Positions 14,038-20,287 of a stretch of 20,287 bases of DNA are shown in pieces. Below the pieces are notes generated by a model. It searched no databases. It was not told the origin of the DNA and was given only the letters and a program-made list of their open reading frames with translations. The number at the start of each line of letters is the position of its first letter. Positions within the stretch are counted from its first letter, which is position 1. The stretch is from Nanopusillaceae archaeon (GTDB lineage Archaea > Nanobdellota > Nanobdellia > Nanobdellales > Nanobdellaceae). The stretch lies in NCBI GenBank assembly GCA_038735675.1, contig JAVYNJ010000010.1, forward strand, positions 1-20,287, written 5' to 3'. Position numbers and translations under genes: made by a program.

Positions 14038-14778
14038 ATGGAGGAAGAAAGATTAATAGAGATTATAAGAGAAATTGGAATTGAGGGAGCTAGATATATT
14101 GAAGAAAATATAGATATTCAATTTTTTGCTATAAAAAAATTGTATAAAAATCTAAAAGATCCAGAATTGCTAATAAAATTAGTTTTATTAAATTCCATTG
14201 TAAGTTATCAGATAAATTGTACCGGAGAGAGTTGGTGGATAGAATTTTCAAAATATTTCATAGATAAAAATGTAGAAAACATTGTTTTAGATTATATAGA
14301 TTTTTTAAAAAATTCTAAGTGTAATAAAAGATATTTAGAAGTTAAAATAAATAGAATAAATAAAATTTCTAATTTTATAGAAAAATTAGATTTAGAAAAG
14401 ATGAATTTCTATTATAAAAATATGATTTTTCTTAGAGATGATTTATCAAATCATTTAAAATCTGATAAATCTTCTAAAACTATTTGTTTTTCTATAAAAA
14501 TGTTTGGATATGCTTCTAGAATTGTTTTTAGAAAATTTATATCATATCCATTTGAAGTTGATATACCTTTAGATAATAGAATAAAAAAATATACACAAAA
14601 ATTTGTTAAAAATAATTTCTTAGAATTTTGGAGAAAAGTTTCTTACAAATCAAACGTTCCTCCATTGCATATAGATTCAATATTATGGCCATTCTTAAAC
14701 AAAAAATTTAATCTAATTTTTTTTGAAAAAATAAAAAATTTTAATAAGATGCATTCAATCTTTGATTTATTTGTTTGA
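14038..14778 (+). CDS. Archaeal 8-oxoguanine DNA glycosylase/lyase (AGOG family)
   Basis: LNSIVSYQINCTGESWWIEF, SKTICFSIKMFGYASRIVF (Lys-bearing helix), and FEVDIPLDNRIKKYT match the remembered AGOG signatures (alvsYqL..GE.yW.eF; KT..Fa.KMfgYA; IPvD.Ri). Confidence 0.7.
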   Translation: MEEERLIEIIREIGIEGARYIEENIDIQFFAIKKLYKNLKDPELLIKLVLLNSIVSYQINCTGESWWIEFSKYFIDKNVENIVLDYIDFLKNSKCNKRYLEVKINRINKISNFIEKLDLEKMNFYYKNMIFLRDDLSNHLKSDKSSKTICFSIKMFGYASRIVFRKFISYPFEVDIPLDNRIKKYTQKFVKNNFLEFWRKVSYKSNVPPLHIDSILWPFLNKKFNLIFFEKIKNFNKMHSIFDLFV

Positions 14779-14813
14779 AAAATATTAAATAGTTTATCTT
14801 AAAAAATATTTTT

Positions 14814-15236
14814 ATGGAATCTCTTTTAGTAAAATATATTTTTGCTTTTTTGGTTGGTTTAATTTTTGGAATTGAGAGAGAAATAAAAGCTAAACCTGCA
14901 GGAATGAGGACTCATGTTTTAGTGGCTCTAGGCGCTTTAACTTTTACTTTAGTTGCTATAGATGTTTTTGGTATTGATGCGGCAAGAATTGTTGCTAATC
15001 TTATTGTAGGAATTGGTTTTATTGGAGCAGGAACTATAATGAAACATGAAGAAAAAGTTATTGGATTAACTACTGCCGCTTCTTTATGGTTAGTTACTGC
15101 TGTTGCAATGGCTATTGGTACAAATCAATATAATTTAGCTTTTTTATCAACAACATTTGGTATTATTACTTTAATTCTAAAGCCTTTAGAGAGAATATTA
15201 AGACAGATAGAAAGTCAAAAAAACAATAAAACTTGA
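14814..15236 (+). CDS. mgtC: MgtC/SapB-family membrane protein
   Basis: GLIFGIEREIKAKPAGMRTHVLVALGA and IGFIGAGTIM..........GLTTAASLW are classic MgtC-domain motifs. There are four hydrophobic segments. Confidence 0.85.
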   Translation: MESLLVKYIFAFLVGLIFGIEREIKAKPAGMRTHVLVALGALTFTLVAIDVFGIDAARIVANLIVGIGFIGAGTIMKHEEKVIGLTTAASLWLVTAVAMAIGTNQYNLAFLSTTFGIITLILKPLERILRQIESQKNNKT

Positions 15237-15602
15237 AACAACATTATAACTTCCAGGAATTTTTGTTGGAATTTTTACTATTTCCTTATTTTTAACTTTT
15301 TCTATTATCTCAATAGGAATTCCATAATCCTCTGCCCCAAAAACAAAAATATCGAAATCTTTTAAATTTACATCAAATATATATTTATCTCCGTAAGTCT
15401 CAAAAAATAAAAATTTTTTATCTTTATTTTTTTCTAAAAATTCTTCAAATGAATCATAAAATTGAACTTTTTTATCTTTTATAAAATCATAATCTGCACC
15501 TTCTCTCTTTATTATACTTAAAGATAAGTTTAAACTATTACATATTTTTAGAAAATCTTTTATATTTTCTATATCCTTCAGCTTGTATAGTAATATCTCC
15601 AT
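15198..15602 (-). CDS. Small SPOUT (SpoU/TrmH-like) RNA 2'-O-methyltransferase
   Basis: The C-terminal knot motifs are IFVFGAEDYGIP..I......VKIP....GSYNVVSSFIVFL (compare lvfG.E..Gl......d..v.IPm.....SLNvs.a..i.l). Confidence 0.65.
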   Translation of the reverse strand: MEILLYKLKDIENIKDFLKICNSLNLSLSIIKREGADYDFIKDKKVQFYDSFEEFLEKNKDKKFLFFETYGDKYIFDVNLKDFDIFVFGAEDYGIPIEIIEKVKNKEIVKIPTKIPGSYNVVSSFIVFLTFYLS

Positions 15603-15631
15603 TTAAAATTTTTAGAATAGAATCATTAAAA
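15603..15631. promoter_or_regulatory. Second 29-nt divergent intergenic region with back-to-back TATA-like elements
   Basis: catTTAAAATTtttagaatagaatcATTAAAAatg. The geometry is the same as at 10216-10244. Confidence 0.3.
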
Positions 15632-16450
15632 ATGATAATTTGGATTAACAAACCAAAGTCCTTCGAGGCTGCAGTAATAACAAGATTTCTATATTATTCT
15701 ACAGGATTAAAAAACATAGATTTATTTTTGTCTGAAATTAGAAAAATAGATTCATTTGTTAGATATTCCAGAATTCCTATAGAAGTTATTAAAGAAAAAA
15801 TAAAATTTGATAAACCTAAAGGAAAATTTTTAATCATTAATCCTCGAGGAAAATCAATAGAAAATTATGATTTAAGTAATTACTCTGGATTTGTTGTAGA
15901 TTTTTCTGAAACTATTGAAGGTGATAAAGTAAGAGGAATAGGTTTAGATATTTTACATTACGAAGCAATATCTATATTTTCGAAATTATTTTTAAAAAAA
16001 GAAAAAAATATGTTAGATTTTAATATTTCCGGTTTTGAGAGAGAAAAAATATATTTTGCAAGAAAAATTTTAGATGGGATACAGTTTCTAGATAATTACC
16101 ATTTTATTTCTCCTAGATTGCTATATTTTTGTTTAAAAAATTTTGAAAAAAATTTTAAAATATTGGTAGATATGGAGGATAGTGAAATTGTTTTTAAGAA
16201 AGATAAAGTTATAGAAAAAATCTATATAGCTTTTTATGATAAAAAACTAAATTTAATAGACAAAGATGTAATACAGCTGTGTGAAAATATCTTAGAAATT
16301 CCAATTTTTATAGGTAAACACAAAAAAATAATTAAATTTTACATAGATTTTGATAGAAGAAGGGTTTATTTGAATAAAGATTTTTATATTTCTAAATTAG
16401 TAGAAGATAAAATTATAAACAATTTAACTTCTTTTTTAAATAATTTTTAA
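15632..16450 (+). CDS. Hypothetical protein, 272 aa
   Basis: Long ORF, 14 nt upstream of the DUF763 gene and on the same strand. No motif confidently recognised. Confidence 0.55.
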   Translation: MIIWINKPKSFEAAVITRFLYYSTGLKNIDLFLSEIRKIDSFVRYSRIPIEVIKEKIKFDKPKGKFLIINPRGKSIENYDLSNYSGFVVDFSETIEGDKVRGIGLDILHYEAISIFSKLFLKKEKNMLDFNISGFEREKIYFARKILDGIQFLDNYHFISPRLLYFCLKNFEKNFKILVDMEDSEIVFKKDKVIEKIYIAFYDKKLNLIDKDVIQLCENILEIPIFIGKHKKIIKFYIDFDRRRVYLNKDFYISKLVEDKIINNLTSFLNNF

Positions 16451-16464
16451 AACAAATTTATAGA

Positions 16465-17556
16465 ATGAGAAGGATTGGTGATGTGGAATTGAAACTAGCT
16501 AAAGGACCAGTTCCACATTATAAAGAGATAAAAGAATTTACCAGAAGCATTTTAAAATTATTAGAATATGAATTTGGAACAAAAGAAATAATTAATAGAT
16601 TTTCAAACCCATTATGGTTTAACTCCTATGCATGTTTGGTAGGATTTGAATGGAATTATTCTGGAATGACTACTGTTACTTTAAAAGCAGTTAAAGAAAT
16701 ATCTAAAGAAGAAAATATAGGAATTTATGCTTTTGGCGGAAAAGGAAGGGAAATAAAAGTAACTGAAGAGCTAGAAAAAAATGAAGATTTGAAAAACTTG
16801 GATTATCTAAAAAAAGCATCTATTTTATCTTCAAAAGTAGATAATAATTTAGTTCAGGATGGATATAGTTTGTATTTTCATTTTATGATATGTGATGAAG
16901 AAGGAAATTATACTATAATAAATCAGAAGATGTCTATTGATGAACAAAAGGTTAGAAGATTTCATTGGATAAATACTAAAGATTTTTTAAATGATCCTCA
17001 AATTGGATTTGGAATTAAAACAAAAACTTTGAATATTTCATCAAAAGAAATGGAAAATACCAGGAAAGATATTGTTAGTTTGTTAAATGAAAAAAATGAA
17101 AGTGAAATAAAAAATTATATAATAAGATTACAAAGTATCGGAAATAAAACGATACTTGATTATTTAGAAAAAAATTCTAAAAAAATTTTTTATCAAGAAT
17201 TACCAGAATATTTAAAAATTCCTAAAAAGATATATTGGAAAGCATTGAAAATAAATAAAACAATTGAAAAGTTTGAAGATATTTTATTTCTAAAAGGATT
17301 TGGACCCGGTTTAATTAGATCTCTAGTTTATGTGGCAAATATAATCTATGGATCAGAAATATCTTGGAGAGATCCAATAATATATACTTTTGCACATGGG
17401 ACAAAAGCCGGAAAACCATATTACGTTAAAAAAGCTTTAATGTTAGAAGAAGCAGAAATAATTAAAAATGCTATAGAAGAAGCAAAAGTTGGAGAAAAAT
17501 GGAAATTAAGAACTTTAAAAAAATTAAGTGAAATAATAAAATTAAATGAAGTTTGA
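16465..17556 (+). CDS. DUF763-family protein with a C-terminal helix-hairpin-helix-like element
   Basis: The N-terminus LKLAKGPVPHYKE......LEYEFG..EIINRFSNPLWFNSYACLVGFEWNYSGMTTVTLKAVKE matches the remembered DUF763 signature (LH.GkaP.wl; sdP.wFqa..cvlGfDWhSSG.TT). LFLKGFGPGLIRSLVYVA looks HhH-like. Confidence 0.7.
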   Translation: MRRIGDVELKLAKGPVPHYKEIKEFTRSILKLLEYEFGTKEIINRFSNPLWFNSYACLVGFEWNYSGMTTVTLKAVKEISKEENIGIYAFGGKGREIKVTEELEKNEDLKNLDYLKKASILSSKVDNNLVQDGYSLYFHFMICDEEGNYTIINQKMSIDEQKVRRFHWINTKDFLNDPQIGFGIKTKTLNISSKEMENTRKDIVSLLNEKNESEIKNYIIRLQSIGNKTILDYLEKNSKKIFYQELPEYLKIPKKIYWKALKINKTIEKFEDILFLKGFGPGLIRSLVYVANIIYGSEISWRDPIIYTFAHGTKAGKPYYVKKALMLEEAEIIKNAIEEAKVGEKWKLRTLKKLSEIIKLNEV

Positions 17557-18508
17557 AATTAAACTTGATCTGAAGAAAGAAATAGATAAGAACTGGGATG
17601 TAATTATTATTGGCGGTGGTCCTGCAGGATATTCTGCAGCAATATATTGTGGTAGATATAAATTAAAAACCTTAGTTATAACAAAAGAAGTTGGAGGATT
17701 ATTAAATGAAGCACATATAATAGAAGACTATCCTGGTTTTAAGAGTATAAGAGGATCAGAACTAGGAAAGTTATTTAAAGAACATGCAGAAGTTTACAAT
17801 GTTAAAACTTACATAGATGAGGTAATAAATGTAGAAAAGAAGGATAAATCATTTTTTGTCTATACTAAGGACGGTAGAATATTAGAATCAAAAACCTTAA
17901 TTGTAGCTACAGGATCAAATAGAAGAAAATTAGGCGTTCCTGGAGAAAATCTAAAGGGAATTTCATATTGTGCGGAATGTGATGCCCCTTTGTATAAAAA
18001 TAAAATTGTTGCTGTTATTGGTGGCGGTAATTCTGCTTTTCATGATGCTTTAGTTCTCTCAGAGTATGCATCAAAGATATATCTAATACATCGTAGAGAT
18101 GAATTTAAAGCAGATCCAATAATAATTGAGGAAGTCAAAAAGTTAAATAATGTAGAATTTTTGTTAAATAAAGTAGTTATTGAAATAAAAGGAAAGGACA
18201 AAGTTGAGGAAATAGTATTAAAAGATACGAAAACTAATGAATATTTGAGTTTAAAGGTAGATGGAATTTTTGTAGCGATCGGTTTATCACCAGCATCGGA
18301 ATTTTTAAAAAATTTAGAAGTAGAAATAGATGAAAGCGGTTTTATAATAATAGATAATTGCTGTAGAACGAATATTGAAGGTTTGTTAGCGGCTGGAGAT
18401 GTAACCAAGCAACTATGTAATTTTAGACAAGTTATAACTTCAGCAGCTATGGGAGCTATTGCGGCTATGTCAGCATATAGTTATATAAAAACTGGAAAAT
18501 GGAAATAA
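17546..18508 (+). CDS. trxB: Thioredoxin reductase (low-Mr TrxR family)
   Basis: FAD motif DVIIIGGGPAGYSAAIY, redox-active CAECD (a CxxC variant of CATCD), the second dinucleotide motif VAVIGGGNSA with HRRDEFKA, and AAGDV. It overlaps the DUF763 gene by 11 nt. Confidence 0.9.
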   Translation: MKFEIKLDLKKEIDKNWDVIIIGGGPAGYSAAIYCGRYKLKTLVITKEVGGLLNEAHIIEDYPGFKSIRGSELGKLFKEHAEVYNVKTYIDEVINVEKKDKSFFVYTKDGRILESKTLIVATGSNRRKLGVPGENLKGISYCAECDAPLYKNKIVAVIGGGNSAFHDALVLSEYASKIYLIHRRDEFKADPIIIEEVKKLNNVEFLLNKVVIEIKGKDKVEEIVLKDTKTNEYLSLKVDGIFVAIGLSPASEFLKNLEVEIDESGFIIIDNCCRTNIEGLLAAGDVTKQLCNFRQVITSAAMGAIAAMSAYSYIKTGKWK

Positions 18509-18533
18509 TTAAAAATGTATTGAATATTAATAT

Positions 18534-19223
18534 TTGATGGCAATACTTTCAGAGTCTGATAAGGAAGCACTAAAAAAAATATTTGAAGAAAGTTTAAAGA
18601 ATAAAGTAAATATTGAAGTTTATTTAGATTTTAAAAATAATAAGGAGGCCAGCGAAATAGCTAAAGAATTATTTAGTGAAATAGGAAAACTTTCAGATAA
18701 AATAGTTATAGATTTCGTAGACTCCAATTCAGATATCGGAAAAACAAAACTTGAAGAAAGGAATTTGATATTAGATAAACAAGGAAACAGAAAAGGACCT
18801 ATAGTTTTATTCAAAGATTATCCAAATATAATATTTTATGGTTTGCCAGCTGGAGAGGAATTTCCAGTTTTTTTAGAAGATCTAATACACATTTCAAATG
18901 GAGAAATTCATTTATCAGAGGATGTAAAAGAAACAATTGAAAAAATAAATAAAAATATAGATATCTTTGTCTTTGTGACACCAACGTGTCCCTATTGTCC
19001 TATCGCCTCTCATGGTGCTCATATGTTTTCTATGGTAAATAAAAATATTAGAGGAATTGTGATAGAAGCAACAGAATTTTTTGAATTATCGGGAGAGTTT
19101 AATGTATATGCAGTTCCAAAAATAGCAATATTGTCAAATGGACAGATATTAGATTCATGGGAGGGTGCTCTTCCAGAAAGAGAATTTGCCAAAAAAATTT
19201 TAAAAGCAATTGAAAAAATTTGA
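18534..19223 (+). CDS. Protein disulfide oxidoreductase (PDO, two thioredoxin-fold units) with a single CPYC site; the likely start is the ATG at 18537
   Basis: 229 aa, the typical PDO size. The C-terminal unit reads VFVTPTCPYCP...AVPKIAI. FYGLPAGEEF resembles the PDO motif f.G.P.G.Ef. The N-terminal unit has no cysteine. The ORF begins TTG-ATG. Confidence 0.8.
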   Translation: MMAILSESDKEALKKIFEESLKNKVNIEVYLDFKNNKEASEIAKELFSEIGKLSDKIVIDFVDSNSDIGKTKLEERNLILDKQGNRKGPIVLFKDYPNIIFYGLPAGEEFPVFLEDLIHISNGEIHLSEDVKETIEKINKNIDIFVFVTPTCPYCPIASHGAHMFSMVNKNIRGIVIEATEFFELSGEFNVYAVPKIAILSNGQILDSWEGALPEREFAKKILKAIEKI

Positions 19224-19516
19224 AAGAATTAGAAAAAATAATAGAAAAACTTAGAGAAGTTATAGATCCGGAATTAGGATACGATATAGTATCTTTGGGG
19301 GAAATAAAAGATATTAAAATATTTGGAAATAAGGTAGAGGTAACCATTTTACCTACTACCCCTTTTTGCCCGTTTTTACCTTTTATACAATCTTCTATTT
19401 ACGAAAAACTAAGTAGTTTGGGATATACGGTAGATATAAAAATTGATTTTGAAGATAAATGGAATATTAATAGAGTAGATCCTCAAATTAGAAAATATTT
19501 AGGAATATTTAGATAA
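19220..19516 (+). CDS. DUF59 / MIP18 / SufT-like Fe-S assembly family protein; TTG start overlapping the PDO stop (TTGA)
   Basis: LREVIDPELGYDIVSLGEIKDI and TTPFCP match the DUF59 signature (V.DPEl...iv.lGlv; T.p.CP). Confidence 0.75.
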   Translation: MKELEKIIEKLREVIDPELGYDIVSLGEIKDIKIFGNKVEVTILPTTPFCPFLPFIQSSIYEKLSSLGYTVDIKIDFEDKWNINRVDPQIRKYLGIFR

Positions 19517-19547
19517 TTTTAAAAGTATTTTTAATTAAATAGATTAA

Positions 19548-20287
19548 ATGGTTAATATAAAGGTTTTAGAAAAAATAACTGATAAATTTGCTGTAGATAG
19601 CGATAAAAAAATATATAAATTAAAATTATTGATATCGGATGTATCTCCACAATTTTTAAATGTTATTAAGAGGACAATAGAAGAAGAAGTAAAGTGTTTA
19701 GCTATCGAAGATGTTTTTATAATGGAAAATAATTCTGCTATGTGGGATGAAATGATTGCACATCGTTTGGGTTTATTATCTATTAATACTCCGGAAAATC
19801 TATCTTATAATTCTAAAGTAAAATTGTATTTAGAGAAAAAAGGAAAAGGATATGTATTAGCATCAGATATAAAATCTGAGAACCCTCAAGTATATCCAGT
19901 ATATCCAGATACAATAATAGCATATCTTGGAGACAACCATTCTATAAAGATTGAAATGTATGCTGTTTTTGGATGTGGAAATGAGCATGCAAAATGGATA
20001 CCTGCAAATGTGTATTACTATAGATTGGTAGATTTAAAATTGAAGGAAGAATTGACTAAAGAAGAAATAGAAAAATTAAATAAGATAGGAGTTAAGATAA
20101 AAAAAGGTCAATTAGATATACCTGAAAATAAAAAATACGATAGAACTTTTTTAGATGCAATTTATTCTGTTTCTAGATATAAAATTGAAGAAGTTCCTAA
20201 GGAAGAATATGTATTTGTAATTGAATCTTTTGGACAATATTCAGCTGAAAAGATAATTAATTTATCTATCAATGAGATTAGAGAAAA
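19548..20287 (+). CDS. rpoD: DNA-directed RNA polymerase subunit D (Rpo3), 5' part; runs off the right window edge
   Basis: Manual translation from the ATG at 19548 gives MVNIKVLEK...SPQFLNVIKRTIEEEVKCLAIEDVFIMENNSAMWDEMIAHRLGLLSI and later FGCGNEHAKWIPA. These are the canonical subunit D/Rpb3-like motifs. It is not in the ORF track because it lacks a stop in the window. Confidence 0.88.
   Translation, partial: MVNIKVLEKITDKFAVDSDKKIYKLKLLISDVSPQFLNVIKRTIEEEVKCLAIEDVFIMENNSAMWDEMIAHRLGLLSINTPENLSYNSKVKLYLEKKGKGYVLASDIKSENPQVYPVYPDTIIAYLGDNHSIKIEMYAVFGCGNEHAKWIPANVYYYRLVDLKLKEELTKEEIEKLNKIGVKIKKGQLDIPENKKYDRTFLDAIYSVSRYKIEEVPKEEYVFVIESFGQYSAEKIINLSINEIRE

Noticed and set aside
16899-16925. 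Isolated box-C-like heptamers inside CDSs (for example GTGATGA near 16902, the minus-strand GTGATGA at 5942-5948, and ATGATGA at 3143-3149 and 8324-8330)
   Set aside because: None is followed by CTGA after ~12 nt or by a C'/D pair. They are explained by Asp/Glu/His codons in well-supported coding frames.
18040-18408. 122-aa minus-strand ORF
   Set aside because: It is antisense to the strongly supported trxB gene. The same reasoning applies to 18620-18814 and 19099-19347, which are antisense to the PDO and DUF59 genes.
1-20287. CRISPR arrays, transposases/IS elements, integrases, prophage or toxin-antitoxin pairs
   Set aside because: I found no regularly spaced direct repeats, no terminal inverted repeats flanking any ORF, and no recognisable recombinase, nuclease-toxin or Cas motifs in any translation.

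Overview
This is a very AT-rich, tightly packed archaeal window. The archaeal signatures are Taw1, AGOG, RNA polymerase subunit D, archaeal-type TyrRS and AspRS, a PDO/thioredoxin-reductase pair and an ADP-forming acetyl-CoA synthetase alpha subunit. Intergenic gaps are mostly under 100 nt, several gene pairs overlap by 4-11 nt, and divergent starts sit only 29 nt apart. The single tRNA (Gln, CUG) is about two-thirds GC with nearly all-GC stems in an AT-rich background. Together with the gene content, this suggests a thermophilic, reduced-genome (DPANN/Nanoarchaeota-like) archaeon, but that is inference only.

I support about 28 CDSs (two truncated by the window edges), one tRNA, one canonical box C/D sRNA, one weaker C/D candidate, and a few T-run, palindrome and repeat elements. 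There is no CRISPR array, transposase, integrase or rRNA.

The most notable observations are:
- Box C/D sRNA at 761-809 (minus strand). It has perfect boxes and two 12-nt guides. It overlaps the 3' end of one ORF and abuts the taw1 promoter.
- Second, degenerate C/D candidate at 11012-11060.
- Acetyl-CoA synthetase alpha gene cut into two same-frame ORFs by a single TAA.
- TyrRS whose conserved N-terminus has no in-frame canonical start, although an ATG lies one A6-run frameshift away.
- Uncharacterised gene modules: a KaiC-like ATPase with a Zn-ribbon and a Cys-rich membrane protein, and an unknown protein and DUF763 coupled to the thioredoxin system.
- Membrane-anchored coiled-coil protein with a possible transglutaminase-like core.
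- Anomalously long 235-nt non-coding spacer with palindromes and repeats.

All protein calls rest on remembered family motifs read from the supplied translations. No database search was possible, and I cannot demonstrate a genuinely novel system from sequence alone.
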